A stretch of DNA of 60,650 nucleotides, filler included, from Sphacelaria rigidula (lineage: Eukaryota), in assembly GCA_964200075.2 (NCBI GenBank). It is 7 parts of 7 records of this genome, joined end to end, with 100 filler letters (N's around TTAATTAATTAA, not from the genome) between each part and the next. Parts side by side here need not be neighbours in the genome. Positions count along the whole stretch, not along the records: positions 1 to 8,579 come from CAXNAA020010714.1; positions 8,680 to 17,258 come from CAXNAA020010715.1; 5 more parts are not named here. One strand, 5' to 3'. A program made the translations under genes and the position numbers. Shown here piece after piece: positions 1 to 11,997 of the stretch. The notes beneath the pieces are model-generated. The model did not search any database, had not been told where the DNA came from, and saw only the letters and a list, made by a program, of their open reading frames with translations. Each line of letters opens with the position of its first letter. The first letter of the stretch is position 1.

Positions 1-2039
1 TGGGAATGCAATATCACAGTAGGGGTCTGGACGGGTAGGGTATGATATGTCACAAATACCGGTACCGGGTACCTACCTTACCTACGGTGCCTGTGTATAT
101 AACATATTAAGATCAAGTACCGGATAGTATGGGGTAACCCCCCCCCTCCCGCCCCGCCCCCGACAAACACAGATTCATCATTTTAATGACTGCCCAAGTG
201 AGGAACGACATACACCGGGAGGGTCGTTTGCAAAGAACATTACACGCGTGAGAAGGGTGACCATTTTGCGGTACATTATATACTTTTTACATGTATGTGG
301 GTTTTTCATTACGCCAAATTCACAATACGATATTGCGAGTTTTATGCAGAGCATCGTTTACTGTCCGGGATAGACACTTAAACCTCACATTTGTCAGATA
401 CTTCGCAGAAGGCGTTTTCAACGAATAACGCAAAGTCAGTGAATACTCTCACGCGAATAGCCCGATCGATTGACTGTGTCGCGCACAACTGGGCCCCGAG
501 GGACCCAGCCGCGGTCACAAGGTAGTCGTACCGAAGGTTAACAAATTGAAAACGGATGTATATGAATATACCGCTCATGTTCTTACATGGAAGATCCTAA
601 GATCCCACCTACGTCGCCGAAACCCAACACGATTGTCGATGCGCTGGGCTCTTGCCTTGTGACGACGTGGTTAAAACAGCTAACACCGTGCGACCGCCAA
701 GACCCAACCGAAAAATGAAGACTGCTCAAAAGTGCATCAGACGTGCACGCGCTTAGGGTCTGTTTTAACGAGACAAGGAAAAGTGAGAATGCGTCGTGAT
801 AATGAGAGCGATTCTGGCGTCTTGCTTTGTGCTGTGTGTTTCTGATTGGTTGAGAGCTGATGTTCAACCAATTAGAAGGACAGAAAGAAAAACTAAATCA
901 CGGAAACGCCCAGAATCGTTGTCACTCTCTCGGCGCGTTATCACGTTTCTTGTCTAGTTAAAACATGGTCTTACGTGACAATTTGATGATATATCGCTTC
1001 GTACCGTTCCTTTTCATCATGAAATGTATTTTCAAATGATGAGATTCTGGTGAGCATAATGATATATATTCTGGGGAAAGCCACGCTGAGTGTGATTCAT
1101 ATGAATCTACGTAATCGACTGCTGCCAACGCCAAAATAGCAGATACTCACCCATGCTGCTTGCCCCCAAAATACCAATGCATTCGCTTGGGTGTGATGAT
1201 GTCTAGCTGTGAGAGAATAGACGCGCTGCCAGAAGCCACACCAAGAGCGAAACCACACGACGACACAAAAGGAAACCGTGTTAACCATCGGATGAACGTT
1301 TTGGGTCGTCGTCACACCGTGTTTTTGGTCCTTGTTTCTAGCCATCGTCGAAGGGTCCAAACCTTGAATACTATCTCAACCCTGCGCTAGACTATTCCTT
1401 CGAACAGCTCGAATGTTGCGCAATTTTTCTGGGATTGAATTGCGCCCTCGCTCATTACACTGATCGCAAAGATACGAAGGTACGCATGAACACGCGAGTT
1501 CGACATACACATACGGTCGAAACAGAAGTACTAGCTTCATTTACCCAACGACCAACCCTTGTTCATTTCGGTCCGAAACGATAGTAGTAGACTGATGACG
1601 CAACATCCCGCCCCAGGAAAGTGGCTGATGAGCAGTGAAAATCTACTTGTAAATGAAAATGACAAAAGCCCAGCACACCGAGTAGCTTAGAACTCCCCCG
1701 CTCGGGATTGTTGTCGCCACTGTCGCCCATGTGTGGCGCTTCATGCCGTCTGAAACCAGCTATCATGCGCTTTATAGCCGTTTTGTTTCCCAAATGTTGT
1801 GGGGCTGGTTTGGAGGGGGGATATCGCGACATCGCTCAGGAACGGAGTTGCCAGATATCCCGTAGAAGGAGGTGCGCATTTCTCACTTTCCCTGCTGCAC
1901 ACCCAACTTTCGCTTTCGCCCAAGTGAGGGTGAGACACGTGCCTTCACATCCGGCAAGTACCATTTGGCATGCTGTGCAGGTTTTGTGATGAAAGTGCAG
2001 GGACGTGTATTGCCTTAACATGGTAATTTGAGCATGTTT

Positions 2040-2132
2040 ATTCCGTTTTTCTTGGGTACGTCTATCATGGGACCACGGCTGGACCCCTGGGAGTTCAGTC
2101 GAAGTGCGACAATCAATAAATCAATCAATCAA
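2040..2132 (+). mobile_element. 3' end of a SINE/LINE-type retroposon with (AATC)n tail
   Basis: GGGTACGTCT...CGGCTGGA...TGCGACAATCAATAAATCAATCAATCAA; a homologous copy lies in reverse orientation at ~15584-15700 on another contig. Confidence 0.6.
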
Positions 2133-3649
2133 AGTTAAAGATGAAAACTGCGGTATAGACGACTGAGTCTCGATAGCCCCCGCCAGGAAGTGGCTGGTTT
2201 GAAGAGGCAGAATCTACACGCGAATCGGGACGACAAAAGCAGAACTTTCACGCTTGGGATTGCTTCCGCCGTCAATGCCGCCCACATGAGCCACTCCATG
2301 CGGCCTGAAATGAAGTATGCCATTTTCTCCCCCGCAGTTTTGGGTCTGGGTTGGGGCGGGGGGCTATCGCGGTATCTCTCATGCTCAAGAGGGGGCTGAG
2401 GGTACTCTAAGACGAAGTACGCAAGCTGCGAAATGAAAGCAGGCCTCGAACCTGAAGTGGCTTCGAGTGGTGCAAGGCTGAACAACCGGAATCGTCGTGA
2501 CTTTCACCGAGTTCGAGGTATTTGTCAAGAGTTTTATCGGAGTTGGCCGTGATCCCACGAGGGAGCATGCTGATAGTAAGTATCACTAAACCGAAGAAGA
2601 GATCGCCCGTGTAATAGAGTGACCTGGAGACTACCCATTTCGCCGTGGATATGAGTGTCAGTAGAACCCATTGCAGCCAACGAGTGTCTGTGCGCACTGG
2701 ATGTGCCCTAGGCATTTTCCCGTCGCTGCTGCATTTACCGGTTTGGTACCGTTGAACTGTGATCCGAAAAAGATAGAAATCACTCGTTTTCTTCCTCAAA
2801 CATTGGGCGGCGAGGAGGGCGGGAGCGGTGCCGAAACTGAGATATACGGGCCCCCGCGGAGAGCTTATCGTTTCGTTTGCTCGGTTCTACCGTGTCGTGG
2901 ACCGGTCTGTTCACTACCCTTCATAATATCCAGGTCCGATTGCCCTTCAGCGGTGGTGTATATAGATGTTGTTCCACTACTCTAGCGTATAGTTCAAACA
3001 CGAGTGAATTACTCATAGGCGATGTTTGTCCGAACAGTAGATGAAAATACGGTCGAAGTAGAGAGGCTGCTGCATCGAGAGTCGCCAGTCAGGGAGTGAC
3101 CAACGCTGACAACAATAAAAGCACCAATAGCTCAAGAGGAATCCATTACGGAAATGGTCGATAGTGTCTTGCACTGTACCCGACTGAGCATGGGTGGGGG
3201 AAGTTGGGGTAAAACGGAGACTGGTGTACCCCTCCCTGTGTTCTCTCGTCGGTTGTTTACTTTTCCTTCGACCTTTGCTCACGATATTTCCTGGTTTACT
3301 GTTGTACATGTTCTACTGTGTCCTTAGGCTTCATCGCGTCCGTAAGCTTCCTCCCAACTGTTCTCTCTTCATCTCTTTTCTCCCTCTCTCTCGTGCTGAT
3401 TATTCCGTCTCAGTGTTATACAAGTACAGCTCATGGGTGAGAGCTTATGCCCCAACAGTGTGGGCGAAATGCTGAGCCTCGATCTTTCCCCACGAGGTTT
3501 TTGTTTTGTTTCGCGTATGGGTGCACGTGCTTTATCGCCCAAGACCCTTTCGCCTGAAGTCATGCTGCAAACCGGGCCGGCTAAAGCTAGCCTCATTTCA
3601 GGGTTTTGTTTTAATTTTTGCATGAATATGTTTCTAGTTCGTCTCCGTT

Positions 3650-4320
3650 GATATCCTTCTCTGCTTGTTCTTGTACTGGGTTTCGGTCGTAGTTGTGGCT
3701 GTGGCTGAGGTTTTTGGTATGTGTGTGTGTGTTTTTTTCGAGGGGGAGAGGGTTATATGTTGCCCTTGTCATCTTCGCCCATTTTTGTTGTTTTGTTCTT
3801 TTATTGGTTCAGGTTGCCTTTGTTGTCTTCGTTTCAGGTTTGATTTGAATGTTGGTGTTGGTTTTGACTGTAGTCTTGTTTTATTTTCTTATTTTCTTCG
3901 TTTTGTTTTTTCTATGTTCCTGTTGTGTTGTTTTTGTGTTCCACTTTTGTTCTTGTTTTCGTCCTTGTTTTGCTATCTGGTTTTTGTTTTCGTTTAGCTT
4001 CTTTCCTTTTGTACTGTTTTGTCACTATTTTTGCTTTTGCTCTGGTATTGTTTTTTTGTGCTGTTTTGTTGTTGCTTCTATCTTTGTCCCTGTCTTTTTC
4101 ATTGCTTCTGTTTTGTTGTGTCTTGTTCTTGTTCTTGTTTATGTTCTCGTCTTTCGTCCTTTGTCCTTCGTCCTCCGTACTTCGTTCTTCGTTCTCCGTT
4201 CTCAACGGTCCGTTCTCCGTTCTCCATTCTCCGTTTTCCGATTGACTCCGTTCCGTTGTTCGATCGTTTTGTTCTTTCCGGTTATATTTTTTTTCCGAGG
4301 CCGTTTTCGTTTCGATTACC
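3650..4320. repeat. T-rich low-complexity tract (TTG/TTC/CGTT-rich)
   Basis: Visible compositional bias; it explains the long F/V/L/C-rich and K/N/T-rich ORFs in the track. Confidence 0.85.
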
Positions 4321-5209
4321 TTGAGTTCGAAACCAGAAAATATGGCCACCACACGCCTTGGACATGTTATGCACCACCTCGCCGAGAGAATCCTGTCCCG
4401 CTGTTCTGTGTCACTAAGCTCCTAGGTTCGCAAACGGCCACTCGCCGAAGCTGGAGATATGGCAATAGGCACCGCACTCCCCCCTGTCCATTTGCATTGT
4501 TGGCAGGTGGTAACGTTTCCATATTTTGTAGCGTAGCGAACCGGAACAGTGGGCTAGGCTCTTCTCCTTGAGGCGACGCAAAGTGCCCAAGACGCGTAGC
4601 TGCGATACTCCCCATTTTCTGATCAAAAGCGGAGTTAAAGCCGCCCCCAAACCTGATTTATCCCCATCATCAGGAGTTTTGCGCCCCTATAGGTAGCGGT
4701 CTTAGCATCGAAGAACACGCCAAACGCTAACATTCGGTCGACGGACGATTACTCTACGTTCTACCAACCAGTCAGCGAAATCGTCCATCTTTATGCGCGA
4801 AGTAACCATCTCTCTCCGGATTCCATCCTTGACCCCCCAGTGTCCAATCACACTCATTTTCTGTCTTGTTCATTTCGTGCATCGAAGGGATTTACTGTAG
4901 TACATAGGATTTCCACGAGGATGCACTATGATAACGGTACAATCGGAAGCCTGTCTGTAGAGTACTTCAGACAGTATAGGTTTGATACTGTTGAAGTACG
5001 GCAAGTAACATACGCTTCATTTTTGTTATCGCGTACCTGTACAGAGATTATTGCAGCAGGACAACCATCTTGCCACGATGGTGGGTGCAAGAAATTTCCG
5101 AGCCACGGACATTAAAGGTCCTCCCAGACGACTACAGGTAGAGACCTACACTAAACCACGTGCAAACACGAATCGTGCCCTCGGTTGCTGCAAATCGGAC
5201 ACGACACAG

Positions 5210-5308
5210 GAGTGGATGGAATGCATCGTCCGCATAGGAGCCGTGCTCTACAGAAAGGAGACCAACAATGGATCTGTCGCAAGAGCCTTACAGAGGTTCA
5301 TGATCGAG
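5210..5308 (+). CDS. internal exon of an unnamed protein (EWMECIVRIGAVLYRKETNNGSVARALQRFMIE)
   Basis: CAG acceptor at 5207-5209, GTGCGA donor at 5309, 99 nt, phase 0/0; joins in frame to 6534-6659. Confidence 0.7.
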
Positions 5309-6445
5309 GTGCGAGTTGTATGTTTCATCCGTTGCCAAAGATAGGTCTGTATTTTTCCCTCCGTTGTTTGTCGTGCTCTCAACACCGCCTCTTTCGCGGG
5401 GAATCTACGTAGACCCATATTCCCCCTTGCACTAGATCAGCGCCCCCGCAACCCTTCGTCCTTTTATCCACTGTTCTTGTCATTGTGGTACCATTTAGCA
5501 ACACATTTCACCTGTAACACTTCATCGAAATGACCGTTGGCTCTCTCCAGGAACCACTGAATCGCGTAGTTATCATGTGCGTTCCAAACCATATGGGGAC
5601 AAGGTACATGTCATTCATTAGAGTGTATTGATCCGCTGGCCCGCAGACTCTCGGTCGACCTGCCGCCACAGGAGACCTCTCTTGGGTCCCCACGTCATCG
5701 CTGACCCAAAGCGACACACACCAACATGTAAAGCTGTCTTGGAACAACGTTGTTATTCATTTGGAGCCCTGTGGATGGGGTCCATGGTATCTCATGAATC
5801 AAGAAGGTGCATTGCAGTGGTGTTCAAAACGCTCACTTCCTTGTGTTGAAGTAGAGTGTCCCACTGCGAATCACCTTCGGATATAGATTTGTGGGCTCTT
5901 CGGCATACCTCAATCGGTTAGATATAGATTTGTGAGCTCTTCGGCACACCTCAACTGGTTTCGAGACTGCATACTTGGACCACATGCGTCCGCACCTTTA
6001 TCATGTTGTCGAATTAAAGATGTCAAAATTGCACCCATTCCTTGTTCTTATTTTTCCCTGGCCTTAGAATATGCCCTGGCTGTGTGACCTGTAAGTCGCG
6101 GCGGACGACAGTCTGCCTCAGGAATCTTTGTTTTGTATATCGGGGTCCTGTTCGATGCAATCCTAAATACACTTGTACCAAGCGCATACCGAAACCCTTG
6201 TTTCAGTGTTTCCGTTCTTGTTATCGTCACCCGAAAAAACATCGGTGGACATTGATTCCTGAGCATACACCACAAAACAGCTCTCTTGTACGTGAAAATT
6301 GTTCGAAACAAACCATGTTTGGGTTATTTTTCCCTACGACTGCACTATAGGCCCTACCAAGGCTGCATTCCCTGTGTCGAACGTCCCTCGCCTGCAAGTC
6401 GGGATGGTATACCAACCCCCACGCCCCCTTCACGACCGACCCGTA

Positions 6446-6502
<57 letters not shown>

Positions 6503-6533
6503 ATCCCCTCCGCATGGCGTCTACCCCTCCTAG

Positions 6534-6659
6534 ATGGTGCAACGCTTACCTAAGGTAGCTTTGAAGGACGCCGATTGGTACAGAAAGGAGAGGCTATATA
6601 CCGAGGCCGTGGATAGAGCGCTGAGTCCCAAGATCGACGGATTTCGAGCTCTATTCAAG
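6534..6659 (+). CDS. next internal exon of the same gene (MVQRLPKVALKDADWYRKERLYTEAVDRALSPKIDGFRALFK)
   Basis: Pyrimidine tract plus TAG acceptor at 6531-6533, AAG|GT donor at 6660, 126 nt, phase 0/0. The joined peptide recalls an E-W-x-x-C-x-V-R-I...R-L-Y-x-E-x-V-D motif of uncharacterised algal proteins (from memory, unverified). Confidence 0.65.
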
Positions 6660-7884
6660 GTCTCTCTGTTACACTATGGCGCAATGTCAGAATACTCCAT
6701 GTGTTTTTCGGGATGTGGTGACTGTTGTGATGGTTTGAGCAGCAGAGGATGAGCAGTCTCTTAGTGTTATGTAGAAATTCTGTGCGAGATGAGGAATGAT
6801 TGGAGACCACCAGCTGTTGCTCTGTACAAACCGCTGATGTGTCACAACCCGTTCCGATCTGAATTAATAGGTGAGCTACTGTCTCTCTATCTGGGTCCAA
6901 GCACGACTATAGAGTACTTACTGTACCGCGTGCAGTTTTCGAAGATAAAGATAGCTTGACAAGCATGGACAGCCCTCGCCCTGGCAACCCACTCTCGCCA
7001 CGACAGCGCACATTTGAGGAGGGAAGCCTAATTGCCGGCTACAATCTAGAGCACAGGGAGTATACTATGTACACGTATTGCACACGATCATTGTACCCAG
7101 TTCATCTGCTGATAACGAAAAATGAGGCGTATATAATAAATCCTGTACTGTAACTCATAATACATCACAGTATAAAACACTCAACCGAAAGTGCAGGATC
7201 ATCACAATCGTGTACGGCACGGTGTACGATACGGTATTGTGTAGAAGGTATATGAAATTACTAGTTACGAATCGGCAGTAATATACTACAGTTATGTTCA
7301 ACGGTAGTGTTGTCCTGACCAGAACTGCCATGGTAAAATGCTGCCTGCACATGTGGATGTTTCCTGCCTATGGTTTTCAACAAAAAGACATCATCCAGAC
7401 ACACTAGCTCCCCAAGACGTGAATACAGGTGAGCTCTTTTCTCTGTAAGAACGGATAGGCAACACGTGCAGGTTGCCTGACAATTCTGCTTCTGTGGTCT
7501 CACAGGGTATCTGAATGGTGTTATACGATAGGCATCAAACATTTTGATTGGTTTCTTGGTGGAAAATGCAATAGCACAGCGAGACCGGGGTTCACGTGAG
7601 TTCGTAGCACAATGTTTGATGATTTCCGAAATCTAAAACTACTGAAATCCTAGCTTGGCTCGAGTTCTAAGTCATACCCAAGGTGGAGCGGCAAGCCGCG
7701 GACGTGGAGGGTACAGCGGATACCTTGGGCAAAATTGTGCGTCGGCAGCGTTCAAATCGACGCCTTGGCGCTCATTTGAGAAAAGGAAACGCGTGCTCCG
7801 CACACTCCCTGGCGCTTAGGAATGACAGTCCCGAAAGGCCCGCGTCTCAGGGTCGATGCTGACACCAAGTATTAATAATGTGAC

Positions 7885-8026
7885 GGCCAAGTGAGGTGAA
7901 TTCTACTGAACATAGTACACGAGGGGGAAACCCTGATTTCGCGTAGGGAAAAACCGGCCAAGTGAGGCGAATTCTACTGAAGATAGTACACGAGGGGGAA
8001 ACCCTGATCTCGCGTAGGGGAAAACC
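7885..8026. repeat. two-copy tandem duplication, 71-bp unit
   Basis: GGCCAAGTGAGG...AAAACC repeated at 7885 and 7956 with about 4 substitutions. Confidence 0.9.
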
Positions 8027-8579
8027 TATTATCCTTTCCCAGTTGTTGTGAGGGGAAAGGTCGTGGAGCGCTATTTTTTGTCTCACTTTCAACTCCCAGG
8101 TTTCCTTAGACGCAGTCAGTAGTCTCGAGGGATCTCACATTGTACTGTCAGGCCCTGGATAGGCACTCCCGCAGTCCGTCGGCTTTCATGGCGCTTTGTC
8201 TTTTGTTTCATGACCAAACACCCGTCGGCCCTACAGCTCTATCGACGGGTGCATACACCGGAGGGAAACGAGAATGTCAGTAGTAGTGTACTTCACGTTG
8301 TTGCTGTACACCATTCGATGTTATATGAATATGGTGTATCGGTTTCTTCAAGTCGGCGGACTTTCACTTCTTGCCGAAAACAGCACTTGATCGCGCGTCT
8401 CGTGTTGCTCGTCGGTTTAGCTGCATAGTTTGATGGTCTCCGTCAATATTACAGCAACTCTCATTTATTCACCTCCCCCTCCCCCCCCCCTCCCCCCCGG
8501 GAGGCTGGGGGAGGGGTTGGGGGTTGAAGCCAAACTGGAAGAACACCCAAAATAAAACGACTCACCCCTTAACATGCTA

Positions 8580-8679
8580 NNNNNNNNNNNNNNNNNNNNN
8601 NNNNNNNNNNNNNNNNNNNNNNNTTAATTAATTAANNNNNNNNNNNNNNNNNNNNNNNNNNNNNNNNNNNNNNNNNNNN
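8580..8679. other. artificial contig linker N44-TTAATTAATTAA-N44
   Basis: Identical 100-bp structure occurs six times; the core has stops in all six frames. Confidence 0.98.
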
Positions 8680-9178
8680 CACGGCTTTTGAGTTGAACCT
8701 CATTTTTTTTTTCAACCCCATTTTCGAAAATCGGCTGTTTATACAGAGAGAATTATTCGGCCTGGTGGAGGTGCATTTCGGAATTGAAACGGCTTATTCA
8801 CTCATATTGACCGCTATTCACTCTCAGTCGTACCTTCAACTCTCAATTTAACGAAAACGTCGTTGTGCCTGGGCTGCGCGTACCTGGGTTGCAACGCTGA
8901 GAACAAAGCTCAAGGATTGATTCGCACGGTTCGAATCGATCAGACTGAAAGCAGGTGATTTTCAGACTAATCATATATTCGTCCGACCCTTGCTTCTTTT
9001 TAATAGATTTAGGAAAAAAAACTGATGAAAATTCCCTCAAACTGTCGCGCCATGATGTCACAACCTGTTTTTGCCGCAAATCGCTCACGTAACGATACAT
9101 CAAGCTCCTCTGCAACGAGTGTTTCCTCAGCGCTGAAAAGCGTCGTTCGCGCCTCAGCAGTGCTAACTACCCAGACAA

Positions 9179-9516
9179 CACACGCGGCCATTTGGCTACC
9201 TTCCAAAACGCCTCCGGAGGGATGCGCGGCCCTTCAGAGGGAAAACAAGCTTCCGAAGACCTCCAATCCCTCTTGAGGAAACCAAACACTACCGACCCGG
9301 AGGACCGCGCATCCCTCCGGAGGAATTTGGGGGTATGCGCGGCCCTCCATAGGCAAAAATAAGCCTCCGGAGGCGTTCAAGCCCTCTGGAGGAAACCAAA
9401 AAATGTCCACTGGACGGCTGTGCACCCCTCTGGAGGCGTTTAATTGTTCTGGGGGCTCGAAAGTTTACCCAACTCGAGGAATTTTGGAGGTACGAGAAGC
9501 CAAATGGCCGCGTGTG
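9179..9516. mobile_element. MITE, 338 bp, 19-bp perfect TIR CACACGCGGCCATTTGGCT
   Basis: TIR at 9179-9197 and reverse complement at 9498-9516; internal repeated palindrome CCTCCGGAGG; no 8-bp TSD (only AA/AA). Confidence 0.8.
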
Positions 9517-10627
9517 AAACGGTCAAAAACAAGTGGAGGGGAAGACACCACCCCCAATCCGAAATTTCGGACAGCATTCGCTCCATTTTTAGAAGAAAAT
9601 GTATGCCAGATGCCGTCGCGATGGACAATAGGTGATATATTACATATGTTTCCCATATTCAGGGCTTTCATTCAAGCTATGGATCGTGGCTGAACTCCTG
9701 GTATATCAAGAGATATGTCCCGATATGATCGGCACCAAATAACAGCTGTTTACTGCAAAGGGTATGACTCTAGCTGCTAGAGTCATACCCTTTGGTTTAC
9801 TGTGTTGCAATTTTGACGCAGAAAATGACAACGGTTTACATCATTTAATTCAATGCGCTTTATTCAATTCAATAAAGACTTCCTCTATGGGTGTCGAGCT
9901 GAATCCACATCAAGCTCAGCCAGGAATCGTGTCCAAGATGGAGAAGGTATGTGCGTATGGATATTGACGCAATCGTGCAGTGGTCTTCCATTTTATATGT
10001 CACCTCAATGATAAATTTATACTTTCAAGAAATATGTCTTCGAGACACCCACTCCCTGGACATCGACTTATTCCTCCCGACAGGCGAATAGTACCTGGGC
10101 GTAATCTAGCGGACACCCGTAGTCTGCTATGCAGTACCCACGGCAGTGTTGAGTGCAGCGCAGTTCTGTACAATGCAGGCATCGGTATATGGCGGCTGCA
10201 GCCTTACCATATTTACTAGGCACTACAGTCCATCCCGATAGCGTCTTCTGCCCCCACGTCGTCTGTGTACGCACCAGAACTACCTCTCTCGTTACAGTAG
10301 TCCATTTTTGCGGCTCAACGTCCAGATCCTCCACCAATCAATGTCGCCTGTTCTTCAACTGCTCCTGTTCTGTTCTCGACTACGTAACATGCCCTGCAAA
10401 TCAATTTCTACTGGTTGGCTCATGCGCAGGAAATTGATGAAATTCCCCCGGTGCCGACACGCGCCGGAGACGACGGTCAAATTACCCCCTTTGACCGCGA
10501 ACTCGCGACCCGGGCGGTGGAGATGTTTTGCGGTTGTCCCAATCAGAATGATTTCACGTTTTTTTGCTGCCGTGCCTCGGATTGGTTTCGGGGCTGATGC
10601 TCCATGATCATCGCCCCCGAAATCATG

Positions 10628-11997
10628 CACACGTCGGACACATCAACTCCCTGTAGCTCGAGCTAGTTCTGCTTTAGCGTAGCTCCCTGCTGAACTATGA
10701 GAGCTACATGTGCTACGCATGTTTTCCGTGGGTAAGCTATGAGAGTTACACGAGCTACGCGTGTTTGCCCTGGGTGAGCTACCAACCCGTAGCTCATCCG
10801 CGCATGTTTGCCCTGAGAAAGCCACCAACCCGTAGCTCATTCGCCTGTCTTCGCCCTGGGTGAGCTATGGGAGCTACACGAGCTACACATGTTTGCCCTG
10901 GGTGAGCTACCCGATATAGCTCATCCGCAATTTTTTTCCGGGGTCAGCTACACTTTGAGAGGTACGCATGGTTCCTTAAGGCTGAGCGCGAGGAGCTGTT
11001 TCTGTTCCGATGCCGATGCACGTTGATATATGAGAACATTCAAATATCTGTGTCCTATGTAATTCGCGGGTGGATGTTATCGGAACATCCGTGGCCCGAG
11101 CGAACACAGGTAAACAATGGCCTCTGGCCGGCGGCTGTGGGGTCACCGTCACTCATCATTTCCTTTGAAATGCTGCATGCCCCGAGGTGCCAACATTTAT
11201 TTTCCGCTGACCGCTGTACTCTTGTTTACTGCTCATTATTCAAAATATTGTTGGCAGACAGTACTGTAAAACCTGTTCTGCACGTTCTTCGAAACGTTTT
11301 GAGTATAGCCGATGTACTACTTTGCGCAAATTCCCATCTACACCCTACTGTACGGAGACAGTACAGACAGTACTGTACTGTTTGCACTGCACGCTGTTCA
11401 AATATTATGGTACAGCACATGGCTGCACATTGCCTGCGGGACTGCCGGCCTAATGTTGTACCGAAACGAGGCCCGGCGCTCAAAGCGTCAACACTATTAC
11501 ACAACTCGGACAGATCAGCTCCCCGTAGCTCGAGCTAGCTCTTTTTGGGCGTAGCTCCCTACTTAGCTATGAGCTACATGAGCTAGGTGAGCTGCGCATG
11601 TTTGCCCTGGATGAGCTACCGGACGTAGCTCATCCTCGCATGTTTGCTCTGGATGAGCCATGAGAGGATCAGGAGCTACGCATGATTGGTCTAGGTGAGC
11701 TACGGGACGTAACTCATCAGCGCATGTTCGCCCTGGATGAGCTATGATCGCTACTTCAACTACACACGTTTGCCCTGGGTGAACTATGAGAGCTACGTGA
11801 GCTGCGCGTGTTTGGTCAGGGTGAGCTATGAGAGCTATATGGACTACTCATGTTTGTCCTGGGTGAGCTTCCAAGCGGTTGCTCATCAGCGCATGTTCAC
11901 CCTGGGTAAGCTATCGGACGTAGCTCATCTGTACTTGTTTGGCCACAAGTGAGCTACAGCCCACAGATGAGCCAGCTCACGAGCTGTCCGACGTGTG
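10628..11997. mobile_element. non-autonomous DNA transposon (hAT-like by TSD length), 1370 bp
   Basis: 13-bp perfect TIR CACACGTCGGACA / TGTCCGACGTGTG; 8-bp TSD AAATCATG at 10620-10627 and 11998-12005; two blocks of ~40-bp repeats (GTTTGCCCTGGGTGAGCTA). Confidence 0.88.

Noticed and set aside
2135-2799. Possible decayed LTR-retrotransposon gag on the minus strand
   Set aside because: Only a vague GE..MAYF..R resemblance; no zinc knuckle or pol motifs nearby.
3665-4571. Long hydrophobic ORFs resembling membrane proteins
   Set aside because: Produced by a T-rich low-complexity tract that lacks stops in several frames.
6286-6558. Poly-Pro/poly-Gly ORFs (also 33833-34476 and 25727-25993)
   Set aside because: Translation of poly-C/G homopolymer runs of uncertain length.
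8624-8635. Periodic TTAATTAATTAA as a biological motif
   Set aside because: Always centred in 44+44 Ns; an artificial linker.
10640-11990. CRISPR-like ~40-bp repeats
   Set aside because: Degenerate repeats enclosed by TIRs and an 8-bp TSD, i.e. transposon subterminal repeats.
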